The translations under genes were made by a program, and so were the position numbers. A DNA stretch of 64,000 bases from Phoronis australis (taxonomy: Eukaryota; Animalia; Phoronida), in NCBI GenBank assembly GCA_002633005.1, contig NMRA01000308.1, forward strand, positions 124,001 to 188,000, read 5' to 3'. Positions 1 to 12,800 of this stretch are shown in pieces; the first letter of the stretch is position 1, and each line of letters opens with the position of its first letter. The notes beneath the pieces are model-generated. The model saw nothing but the letters and a program-made list of their open reading frames with translations, was not told where the DNA came from and made no database searches.

Positions 1-196
1 CAGTGGAGAAAAGTCCTCCTATCATTGATTTCGGAAGGACTATGACCACTGTACAGTAATTCAGTTTTCCCTGGTTTATGTCTACCAACTGCCTTCCTGG
101 ATGGTTGTGCACAAAATTTGGCAAATAAGTATCTATCAAGGAGAAGATTTACATTGTTTCAGATGAATTTGATTTATGTTGTACCCCCCCCCCCTC

Positions 197-640
197 CAGG
201 CCTTTATCCAGGATTTCGAAAATAGGGTGTCCAAAATGGGGTTCCCAGTATTCCAGGGCATACATGATTCCGAAGCGTAAACCCCCATCCCCAGCAATCC
301 CCCCAAACACACAGATATTTTTACAAAACATGCATAGACCAAGGTTTTTACATCTAAACAGTGAGCATTTTTACTAAAAAACTGTAGACCAAGAGTTTTA
401 CAATGCCATCAACCAAGTGTGAGTGTAGCAACATTGTATATACTTTGTATATACATTGTATATTTCTTCCTGCTTTAAAAAGAGTCCCCACTGTGAGCCT
501 TCAGAGGCTTCCTAGTATTCATTACAATGTGTTAGTCCAAACATGAAAGGTTCCTAACAGTGGGCCTCCAAATGATACATTGGGCGTCCTTGAAAGGGCG
601 TCCAGATTAGTGCTGCATATGTATGCTGGATAAAGGCCTG
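197..640. mobile_element. hAT-type MITE, copy 1
   Basis: TIR CAGGCCTTTATCCAG...CTGGATAAAGGCCTG; 8-bp TSD CCCCCCTC on both sides; near-identical copy at 5756-6222. Confidence 0.85.
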
Positions 641-766
641 CCCCCCTCCCGCCCTCACAGGTACTCACCATCCTGGTGCAGTCGTGAGCATGTTTCAATG
701 TTTTGCATTGCTCTTGTTAGTTATTAAATTTGTATCATATTTATAATCCCTTTCCTACTGTTACAG

Positions 767-875
767 GGCATGAGAAATATGAAGCTGGGTGGCCATGTCG
801 GCTTTGACAGTCTGCCAGATCAACTGGTCAACAAGTCCATAGCTCAAGGGTTCTGTTTCAACATACTGTGTGTTG
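767..875 (+). CDS. Septin exon ([36 protein letters not shown])
   Basis: ttacag acceptor, G|gtaag donor, septin N-terminal motif. Confidence 0.93.
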
Positions 876-3800
876 GTAAGTACTAATAAGAGCTCAGTTG
901 GTCACTATGTATATCCTATATTTCTTGGGCCGCAGCGGAAATATGTTCAGCAATATTTCCTGTGTGTCTTTGTCAGCAGTTTTTTTTTGTTTTTGTTTTT
1001 GTTTTTGTTTGTATGCACGCTATGGGTCGCATTTTTCGTGCAATTGACATGAAATGAATGCAAAACGTGCATCTTGTTACCAAAATCGGACCAAAGGTGA
1101 CCCTCTGGTGGCTATTTTTTAAATTTTTGTTCCACGGTCATTTAAGGTATTCTGCTGCAATTTAAATATTGTAGGCTCTCTGATGCCTGAATTGTGAGCA
1201 GACGTGCACAGGTCACGTCAAATTTTTTTTGTGCCAGCACCAAAGATTGACACATAAAGATTCAGATCACTAGAATTGAAAGTAATCTTGTGATTAGCTA
1301 CTCTCTTTGTCAAATGATCAGCGTCTGATTATCATCTAATTGTCACATCTTCAGACACTTACTCCAACCACCGGATGTCAGACTTGTATTTGTAATTGGA
1401 AATTATTACCCACCATAGACTCTTTTCATTCCTTAAGGGCTGTTCTAGCAAAAAATGTATGGGATGGGGGAAGGCACTTTCATTTTGTATCCACCGCCCA
1501 TATTTTTCGTTTATTTCTCCAACCCGTGACCCATAATTTTTAAATAGATTGGAATATAAAATGCAACACTTGTAAACAAATTACCTTTGGGATGACCTGT
1601 TAAATGCTTAGATAATCAACAGACAAGAACTATATGTCTTGTCGAATCTTGTCAAAAACTAAAGCGGCCAAGATGGTGGTCGAATGAGAAGGAAAATCGA
1701 CCTCTGTCAGCACATCCATTCCTGCCAAATTCCATCAAGTTGTGCTTTTTGAGATAATCAACCTGTCTTGTCAAAAACCAAAATGGCCTACAGAGGGTGC
1801 TACAGAGCCAAATCTGTCCAAAAATCGACTGGTGCCGGTCCGGTGCATACCAACTATATATCTTTATGACAAATGTCATCATGATACTTTAAGCGGTTTC
1901 AAGGTAATGGACGGACAAGCAATGACTTGAGCAGTCGAAAAATAACGGGGTGCCACAGTAGTTGAATCCTTCCAAAAATTGACTGGTGCTGACACATATT
2001 TGCCATATACATTGGTATCGAATTTCATTGTGAATTTTGTGATCCGCCAAGTAGTTTTTGAGATAATCGATGCTTAAGGAATGGCTTGTTAAAAAAAAAA
2101 CGCCCAACATGGTGTACCACGGTAACCAAATATGTCCGAAAATGAACTGGTGCTGGCGCATCCATGCCGATTACCTCAAAACCAAATTTCATCATGATCC
2201 GCTAAGCGGTTCTTGAGATAATTGACCGACAAGAAATGATATTGACAGACTGACCGATCGACAGCCACACGAAGGTACGGACGGGATGCTGACTATATTC
2301 GACCACAAAAGTTTTTGTGAGTGCAGAAAAATTCCATGTGAGATCACAACTGATGTCAGATATCACAAACTTACTTTTCAAAGACACCTGTGAGCAATAC
2401 TTTAGGCAGCCACCAGGTATCTCTGTCCACCATGTGTCTGTAATTTTAGCAAAGATACTGTATCTAGAAAATCTTTGATTTCCATAAGATTTTTTCAATT
2501 TCAAGAATCTACGAATCTCAAAATGTTTCCATGAACGCTTTTAAGCTGCTGTACCAAGTGAATATTGGAACTTGTCTATCTTACTCCTCATACTTTTTAT
2601 TTAAAAATTCATCAATTTTCTTAAATATGTTACATCAGTTTAGTGTTGCAGTAATTTTCATTCTAATGTGACTGTACAGCACGGCCTATAATCAAGTTGC
2701 CCATGACTTGAGTAATGGCATAGTGAACATATTGCATTCTGTATACTGGCAACTTGGGCTTGTTTTGTAGTTTTTCGTTATTTTTGGTGTCTGTCAATGA
2801 ATTTTCAGTAAGTTTTGAATTTTCTCAGGGGGTCTTAAAGTTTGCGTTTGGCTGATAATACCCCCTGTCAACATTTACAGGACAAAAAATACCACCCACT
2901 TTTAATGATAGGACCACATGATTTTAATTCTTTTCAAAAGACAACCACTCATAAATTTTTGTATAAACTGCCGTCCCCTCCCATATGGATTTTGCTGGAA
3001 TAGCCCTAACATCGATTATTGGTTATTCAATTTAATTTCTGTAGACTTCAGTTTCAATGAAGGATTCATATTAATTTCAGTGGGTGATTAATTTCCATTT
3101 GTACCATTCATATGGTACCAAAAAAAAACAATTAAGATTTGAAATTTATCTGCTTTGGTTACGGACTGAAGAATTTTATTTTATTTCTCAATTCTGACAG
3201 TTAAGTTATTATTTAATTCCTGTACAGTAGTAGTACAAATATGTACGCCAGTATAATTTGAACTTTTTGCAATTTTCTTTTGTGACTGTAGACAACGTAC
3301 ATAAATTTGTTTATTTTTATCCCCAGGTGAGACATAACTTTGTTTATTTTCATCCCCAGGTGAGACAGGTATTGGTAAATCAACGCTGATGGATACCTTG
3401 TTTAATACTCACTTTGACTCCACTCCAAGCACACATGATCTTCCTGGTGTCAAGCTAAAGGCTCACACTTATGGTAGGACATATGTTATCTTACTGTCAA
3501 TTTTTGACAATAATGTGTTGGTCTTATATTTGACACTGTTTGGCGGATGCCACCAATTGACTTCTATCCGTTTGTCTTGCATGATCGAGTGATTTTTCAT
3601 TGAGTTAATGGTGATTTTTGATGCGGATGCCTCGCTGTTACTCTCCCAGCTGTCCGTCTATATGACTATTTTGTTGCACTATACTTATCATATTAGCATC
3701 GGAAGCTTCATGTGACTAAGGCATAAGTCCCATTGTGTTTGCTCTGTTGAGAGTTGGTGTCTCACAACAGAATGGGTCACAACAAGTGTTTTGAACGATG

Positions 3801-6800
3801 CTAATGCAGTAATAACTGTGGTGCATGTGCTTAAACAAATTGTTATCACATTTTTTTATGCCCTCACTTGTGGACGCATTATGCCGTCATCTCCGTCCCT
3901 CCGGCATCCGTCCGACATCACGCGTCTGGCATCACGTGGCCGGCGTCCGCTGCTCTATCTCCAAAACCCTTTTGACATACGTTCATGAAAGTTAGCACAA
4001 ATGTTCCTTTCGTAGATGGGACGGCATGAGCGAACTTTCGGACAGATCCGACTTCTGGTGTGCCCCCTAGTGGCGATTTTAGCTTTTTACGCTTACCTCA
4101 GTATCTTCAAAGGTCCTCAACGTATTTTCATAAAATTTGGCATATAGGAATCTATTAGGGTGATGACATTATTATTTCGTTTTCAGATGGATTCAATGAT
4201 GTTTGCGCCACCTAGTGGCCATTTTTGTTGTTTTCGAGTCTGTTTTCTGGCGTCCACTCCTCTATCAACCAAACCACTCTAAGGATGAATGTGGAAATTG
4301 GCATGTCAGGGCTCGACATTAACTTTTATTTTAACTTGTCTAGTCGCACAAGTAGAAATGAAATTTACTTGTCCTGACCTATAAGACACTTGCCTGAAAG
4401 TAATTAAACTCAAATTATACTTTTCAAGCATATCATGTGAATGTCGCACATTATACCTGTTAGCACAAGCTCATTAATATGTTTAAGAGCATATATTACA
4501 CAACATTTAAATTTTGCACAAATTTATTAAAGTGGGTATTTGGATTTCACCAGTGAACATGCTACAAGTTTACCGTGGCTTTTCAATTCAGTTATATAAT
4601 GTTTTTAATAAGCTGCTGAGTGAGCCGTCAACTGTTCGTGACTTTTCAAAGATTCGATCCTGAACACATCTGACCCTGACGCAAGAAATGAACCGTTTGC
4701 GTCGGAGTATTTTTCACACGGGGCCACAATACATTTTATTTCTGGTTGCTATCATACCGTAACCAGTCAAAATCTTCCTAACACTTTAGAAGGAATTCCT
4801 GTTTTCGTTTATTGATTTCATACTGTTGCATGGTGGCCTCACACCCTTTGGTTTGGTTACCAGTTGCAAGATTAGAGCTCCTTGACTTGATTCCATATGC
4901 AAACTAAGTATCTACCGTAATCGTTCGGGTTAACGCCCATGCTCAGTTAACCGCCCACCCCCTACTTTAGGTGAATTTCGATTTAACCGCCCACTGCTCG
5001 GTTAACCGCCCCCCTGCTATTTTTGAAGATTTCCAATTAACCGCCCACTGCTCGGTTAACCGCCCATCCCCTACTTTTGCCGATTGGTGATTACCGCCCT
5101 GTGCTAATAGGAAACGCGAATCCCCGACCTTTTAGATTAAGATCGATGATAACATTGAGTGCAACGACGGCCTCAGAGACCGCGGTTTAGCAATGTGAAT
5201 TATGATACCAGTAACAAATTATTGTAACGGGTCATCGATTAACTTCAAAATGTAATACTTGAACACTTTGTCACTTTCTTTTCTTCTCATGTTCGCAAAC
5301 NNNNNNNNNNNNNNNNNNNNNNNNNNNNNNNNNNNNNNNNNNNNNNNNNNNNNNNNNNNNNNNNNNNNNNNNNNNNNNNNNNNNNNNNNNNNNNNNNNNN
5401 NNNNNNNNNNNNNNNNNNNNNNNNNNNNNNNNNNNNNNNNNNNNNNNNNNNNNNNNNNNNNNNNNNNNNNNNNNNNNNNNNNNNNNNNNNNNNNNNNNNN
5501 NNNNNNNNNNNNNNNNNNNNNNNNNNNNNNNNNNNNNNNNNNNNNNNNNNNNNNNNNNNNNNNNNNNNNNNCCCCCCCCCCGATTTCTTGAAATTTCACG
5601 TTTAAGCGCCCATGTCTGGTTAACCGCCCACCCCCGATTTTTTGGGTTCGCCAATTTAACCGCCCAGGGCGTTAACCCGAACGATTACGGTATTTCGTCA
5701 CTGCAACTGCAGACACCAGATTTGACTTACCGTACTCGTCCGCATTACCGCCCAGCAGGCCTTTATCCAGGATTTCGAAAATAGGGTGTCCAAAATGGGG
5801 TTCCCAATATTCCAGGGCGTCCATAATTCCGACGCGTAACCCCCACCCCCAGCAATCCCCCCAGACACACACATTTTTTAATAAAAAAATGCATAGACCA
5901 AGGTTTTTACATTTAAATTTACAAAACAGCCTTCTGTAGTGAGCATTTTTACTAAAAAAACTGTAGACCAAGACTTTTACAATGCTATCAACCAAGTGTG
6001 AGCATAGCAACATTGTACATACTTTGTATATACATTGTATATTTCTTCCTGCTTTGAAAAACAGCCTCCACTGTGAGCCTTCAGAGGCTTCCTAGTATTC
6101 ATTACAATGTGTGAGTCCAAACTTGAAAGGTTCCTATTGACAGTGGGCGTCCAAATGATACATTGGGCATCCTTGCCAGGGCATCAAGATTAGTGCCAGG
6201 GCCTACGCTGCATAAAGGCCTGCCGCTGAGGGGTGGGCGCTGAGCCGAACATAGGCGGTTAAAATCGAAATTTTTGAAAAGTCAGGAGTTGTTGCTTATT
6301 GCACGGAGGACCGATTTTACCCTGATGGAGCTACACTGACGTCGGACTTCAAGCATATCAGTTAAAATATTATGTCAGGGGATTGAAGTAACTGATTTTG
6401 ACGACCTGCACAAACGATAAAGTGGCGTCGTGATCCTGAGCGTGATTGGGTTTTTACGTACCTCGGTCACTGCTGGTCATCTCTTAGAACTAAGGTATTC
6501 CTACAGGTAGGCGTGCGTTCAGTGGGGCAAGTTTCTTGAGAGAAAAGACAGAACAAACAAGACTACGCTAGTTCGCGGTGTATTTTTAAGGGAAGCATTT
6601 GATTGTATAACGATTTGATTCCCGCTGGACACTTAGGCAACCAAGCACGTGCTAATGATTGACAGGTCTTCTTACTGAATACTTTGAACTTAGTTATGCA
6701 ACCAAAAACATGCTAATGATTGTCACTTCTTCTTATGGAATACTTTGAACAGTGTAACATTTTATACCGTATTCACCGTAATAACCGCCCAGGGCACTTA

Positions 6801-9800
6801 GAAAAGTTCAGTTCAGGGGGGCACTTATTATAACCCAAGACGGCTGAAATTCGATCTCTGAAACAGGTGAAATTGGAAGCTAAGATTCATCAAATTTACG
6901 CTCTGTGACGTATCTGTAATCTATGAAAGACTTTCAACAAAACTGTGGTGCATTGCTATCAAACTTGGCTGCTAAATTAAGATCATTTTACAGAAAATTG
7001 TGCTGAAATCCCAGAGCGAAAACTCGCCGACTGACTGCCTCGAAATCGCCGTCTTTGATATGGCGACTTCAATGCTTGAATAAAAATAGTTTCAACTCAA
7101 GCAAATTACCTGAAATCCTCATTAAGTTTTCTAAGTAGCGTCCCTAAGGTTTTTTAAGTTCCCGTGGAGTCTGGATTAACGGCAGGTTTAAGTACAAATC
7201 TGTGCAACATCGTGCCATCTACATGTATGATTGGCAACATGGCGAGAGAAATGTCTGGATGAACACACATGTTGTTGTCACGTGACGTTTGTTTTGAAGT
7301 TCGTCTGCACGTAATCGAGCGCATGCGTGTCACCAGAATTCATTTGCCAAAGCAGAGACCGTCTTTTGGCCAGAGACACGCAATCTAATGAGCTAGATGT
7401 GCATTGTGTCTAAAGAAATTTGCACAAGCAGTAGGCCTAAACCAGAGCGTGTTTTGTTCAGCATTTGCCAGTCTCATTTGCTAAAAACGTTCGACATTTG
7501 TCTCGGTAAGGCCTATATTAGTCTCCGTGTAGCTGGATGCGTACGTAACTATCTGACAGTTATTTTTTCGTGTAAGGGTGTGTAAGCATTCACTGTCAGT
7601 TGTCATTTTAAAAACACCAATTATGATATCTCAAAAATAACGCAAACATGTTTTATAGTATCAGAAATTGTCAGAAATTAGTGCCAATATTTATTTCTTA
7701 CCGATGCTATGCTACCCGTTTCATGAATGGATAGTTCCCGACTGATGTCTTTGATGACAGGTTCATATACGTAGCGCGCGCTGCCTGGCCACTTGCGTTT
7801 AACACTGAGTTATTTTTATTCATGAGACAGTCGATGTGTCTGTACTGAAATATCAGACCATAGTGGGACACGGTCGTCGCGAGAGTAGCAACGCTGTTGC
7901 GTTCTTTTTGAAGCACTGCGTTAGTGACGGCTAAATACAAACGTAGCAGTGTCGCTGGTGGTCTAAAAGACCCGTGCAAATTTTTTTTGATAATTTGAAG
8001 ACGTTACTTTAGTCGAGTTTTAGAACTGTAGGTACGTCATTTTTCGCATGTACATGTTCATGGACTGGGCGCTTATTTCAGCAAAGTCTGAAAACGCATG
8101 GGGTGTGCTTATAGGGGCGTGGGCGGTTATTACGGCGAATACGGTATACATTGTATATTTCTTTTTTTTGAGTTCAAAGACAACACCGCTGTTGTTCAGA
8201 GCACGTGGTCAACAATCGGACGATGCTACAATTAGGCAATGGGGGTTCTCGATCAGCTGCCAAAATAATGAAGCAAAATACACAGCATGTAAAAATTCAT
8301 CAGGCAAATCAAAAGTTCAAAAATAAGTTTTTGACCACGTAGCACGTGGACAGAATGTTTGACTTGCCCTAATGACCAGTTGATTTTTTGCGCTCTTGCC
8401 TTTGGTTGGGCGCTTCCATTTTGGTGTCAGGAGTGAAAGTCATTAAAACATGAACCAAGACGGGAACAGCGACACAAGTTGGCTTGTCACAATGGACCAT
8501 GTCTTTTCTTATTTCAATGTTTCGTGTACTGTCACAGGGAATCACAGAAAGGTTGGCCACGGACGTGATATCGCTGTCAAGTACTGCTTTGTTGGTTCTT
8601 CTGCAGCTAATGAAATACATTCGACAAGTGATCAGTACATGCCGACTAGAGTTCTGCGTGTGCCAAAGGAAACAATTGTGTCTTCTTTAGTAAAGGGCAT
8701 GAGAATACGGGTATTTTACCACCATAGTAAGGCAAGGTTTCAGTGCTGCTAAAACTGATTGGGCGCTTAAAAATGAAAAATTGAAATATTCGGGGGGGGG
8801 GTGGGAGGTATGCCGAGCATTGGCCGTAACCCGGATGAGTACGGTAATACATTGAGCAAACTGGTTTGAGGAGCCCTCCGAATGAGACGAATCCTAGTGT
8901 GATTTCAAAAGGCTCAGAACTATGGTAGGACCTAGCTAATATCAAAACTGTAAGATTACATGAGATACTGCCAGGTAATTAAATGAGAACACGTCACTTT
9001 GGCTAGAACTATTCGAATGCAAGTGCCTTGGATTGCATCCAGTCATGAGCTCCTGCATAATCTAAACAACACCGTGCCGATTTGCGCAGCATATTACCGA
9101 CACTGATGGCTAAACAAGTGAGTTATCACTCCTACAAAGAAGTTCTGATCATTCAGATTTACTATAGTTTCCAAAAAGTCATTAACTTGTCCTGTTGGAC
9201 AAGCTGCTCGGCCATGAGCTTGTCGGACCAACAAATTGGCAGTCGGACTACCGTTAATGTAATGATTGTTCGCACTCTACAGGTTGCATTTTTTGTGCGA
9301 TTGGCATGAAATTCACATATAACCTCTAGCTAGACACAGAAGTGATGGAACCCTGTTGTTTTTCGTCATGATTGGATTCAAGATGGCGGATGTGGTGGCC
9401 CTTTTGTTTTTGAATTCGCATTCAAAAGCTCATAGAGGCAGCAATTTTTGACGTACCTGGCTGAAAATGGGTACTATTATAATTGTAACAGATGTACTGC
9501 AGATGTGCCGGAAATTGTGCCTGCCATGTCTACTTCTGTAAAATTTTCTTTTTTCATCTTTCTTGGTATAGTTCACGCACACCTGTGGTTACACTTGGTT
9601 ACTCTGGGCAATCCCAGTATGCAACACTTTGACTACTCCCTGATGTACACACTTTGTTTCTGCATATACACTATTTACAAGTTCCGGTACATAGCTGCCA
9701 TGTCTATGAAAATAGATATTCACAACAATGGTCTTTGGAAATTTGTCAATCAATTCGGCCCAAATTCAGTAACGTTTACTGTTCAGTGTCTGTCCTCAAC

Positions 9801-12800
9801 TGACTTTGATCATTCTTTTTCACAGGAGACTTGATTCTCTAAGTCTTTTTCTTTATTACATTTCAACCTAATGCTCTTACTTTGCTTAACTTGATGTCCC
9901 TTAAGTGTGGTTATTTGTCTATAAATTAAGGGGCATGTTGTTTATGTTTAAATGGCTTATTAAAAGGTCATGCTGTGTTGTTGTAGAACTTAGCATTTGC
10001 ATAATCAAGCATAGTGAGTTTGCAGTTGTCAACAAAGTTTGAAACCATAAGTGCATTTAGTCCTTCACTTATTATACCTACTGTGTCTGGGGTATTGAAG
10101 GCTGTAATTTGTTGTGTTAAAGTGCTACTTCATCTAATTGCATGGTGCTTCAATGTCTAGTACTCTTGGGTTACCATGGGAACGGGTGATGTATCAGCAT
10201 GGGCAAAATTAATGTTTGAATTATGCACTTATAGAAATTTGGTATCTTGAAAAGGGTTTTCCCCTAGGAGCAGTAGTTAGGGGCCTGTCTTCAACTCTGG
10301 CTTTATGGCTGTGATGTCTTGAAAAGGGCTTTCCCCTAGGAGCAGCAGGTAGGGGCCTGTCTCCAACTGACTTTTTGTTGTCATGTTGTTATTTTGGTTC
10401 TGTTGTATATGCCAGTATTATCTCAGGTGGACAATTGAAAAAAAGTGGAATCAGATCCGAAACTGATCTTGTTGGATGAGTTTTTCATCATTTTGGTATT
10501 GTCTAACCCTTTTTCTGGACTCAGCGTGGTCTGCGCTGGATTTAATTGAGGTTTTGGTTTTCACACACCATGTCAAGTCCGCTGCAGAGCACTGCTTGCT
10601 ATTTGGTGTAGTTCAAGATTTTAAATGAGCAGCGGCATACTTGCCTTGTTGGTAGAGTGAAAGTTCACTTCAACATCAGTCCCCTCTCTATTGATCACTG
10701 ATTCAGCAGTCAAGGTTACTAGTCTAAAGAACCAATGTTCAATAGTTTCAATAGTTGGTGTTGTTAAATGTTTTAATAGAGACACAAACACAGGCACATC
10801 CACACACACACACACACACAGGCACATCCACACAAACACGCCCACCATGTTGCTCTTCTCAAGAAAGGTAATTGTATTACCTTTACATGTAAATCACTTC
10901 ACAAGCTGGTGAATGTATGTTATGTTAAGAAAGGTGGCATTAGACATGCAATAAGGAATAGACCTTACTTCATTGGAAAAGTTTGTATTTTCAATACTGT
11001 GACTCTTAATTTATCCTGTTAGTAGGGGATTGATTTGTTAGTGAACACTATAACTGAACTAGTTTCTTTTTTAAGTTCTAGCATAAATAAAATAGCGCGC
11101 AAATACTAGTAGGCATGACTTAGCATGAGTTAACCATTGTTCCACCTTACCAAGTGTAGAAGAACATTAGCCTTTTGCTGGCCAGCTGGTTGTGTTGTTT
11201 GTGTCAGTTGGAATGTCTTTAACCAATAATTCCATGGGATGTACTACTGCCCTCCAGAATGGTATTTTAATTGGTTATTAGCAGCGCTGTGTCTGGCTGT
11301 CAGTTGTTCTCCAAAATGTCAGTTGAAGTGCTGTAGTGCTGATGTGTGACATTTGTGAGCTGGTCATGTGCTTGCCAGTGGAAACATATCAGTTATCACC
11401 TACATGTGTACTACAACAGTTGCCATAGTTCCATGTATATAGCAACAGTTGCCACAGTTCCCTTTATATAGCAACAGTTGCCATAGTTCATTGCTCACTT
11501 GAAAATAATTCTTGAAATTTGAGGAGTCTGGGTGAACTTGGCTCAAATTTGTCATTTCCTATTGATATTTAGAAATTTGCTATGTGAGTTGTGAAGTTTG
11601 TTTCATCTGTGTGAACAACAACTTATGCATGGTATATAATACCATCTCCAAGTATACTTTGAGGTAGAAAATATTCTGTTGTATGTGTCCACATTCATAA
11701 TAATTATTTTGAAATTTATATATATGTCAGTGTGGTAGGGGATGTTTGTATCTGAAGTACATCAAAGTTATTGGGCAGCAACAATGGCATCCTGTGTTGG
11801 AGGCACATAATGAGTAGAGAGATGCTATCACACATTGAACGTCTAGCCCAATACCTGGGATATAGACAAATGAATACCTGAGACAATACCAAATGATGAC
11901 AAATTCTACATTGAAACTTAGCATTTTTTGAGTTCAACCCATTTGGTTCCTCTGATTGGACTTGATGAACCCAATAAATAACTGTAGATACTCTCAGTAT
12001 GTGATATGCCACTGTCCAATAAATAACTGTGTAGATACTCTCAGTATGTGATATGCCACTGTCCAATAAATAACTGTAGATACTCTCAGTATGTGATATG
12101 CCACTGTCCAATAAATAACTGTGTAGATACTCTCAGTATGTGATATGCCACTGTCCAATAAATAACTGTGTAGATACTCTCAGTATATGATATGCCACTG
12201 TCCAATAAATAACTGTGTAGATACTCTCAGTATGTGATATGCCACTGTCCAATAAATAACTGTGTAGATACTCTCAGTATGTGATATGCCACTGTCCAAT
12301 AAATAACTGTGTAGATACTCTCAGTATGTGATATGCCACTGTCCTCTGTCTACTCACAGAGCTCCAGGAGAGCACTGTCCGCCTCAAGCTCACCGTCGTG
12401 GACAGTGTGGGCTTCGGGGACCAGATAAACAAGGAAGACTCATACAAGGCCGTCGTGGACTACATCGATGCTCAGTTCGAGGCCTACCTACAGGAAGAGC
12501 TGAAAGTGAAAAGGGCACTGCATCTATACCATGACACTAGGATCCACGCCTGTCTTTACTTTATCACGCCAACTGGACACTCGTGAGTATTAGATCACCA
12601 AGTTGTCTCATCATGCAGACACGCAACTGGAGTGGAAATAGCTTCTGTCTCCTGATTGTACATGTGGTTCAAAAGAGTGCCTCTGTGTACTATAATATCT
12701 GCAGCCTAACAACACCATGCTTTTAACTTAAAAACTCAGTCATTTGTGTGTAGCCAATTGATTACTTTGGTTGTCATCTGCAAGTTTTTAACTATCTTGC

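Larger units (their letters stand above)
4307..9259. mobile_element. Decayed hAT transposon hosting nested insertions
   Basis: Left end CAGGGCTCGACATTAAC with CTTGTC/GACAAG subterminal motifs repeated at 9180-9259. Frameshifted TTF-type zinc finger on - at about 4620-4800 ([15 protein letters not shown]...[11 protein letters not shown]). GFS..KTDW dimerization-like remnant at about 8735-8765. Right TIR truncated. Confidence 0.55.

Noticed and set aside
5219-5654. ORFs across the N run
   Set aside because: Artefacts of the assembly gap.
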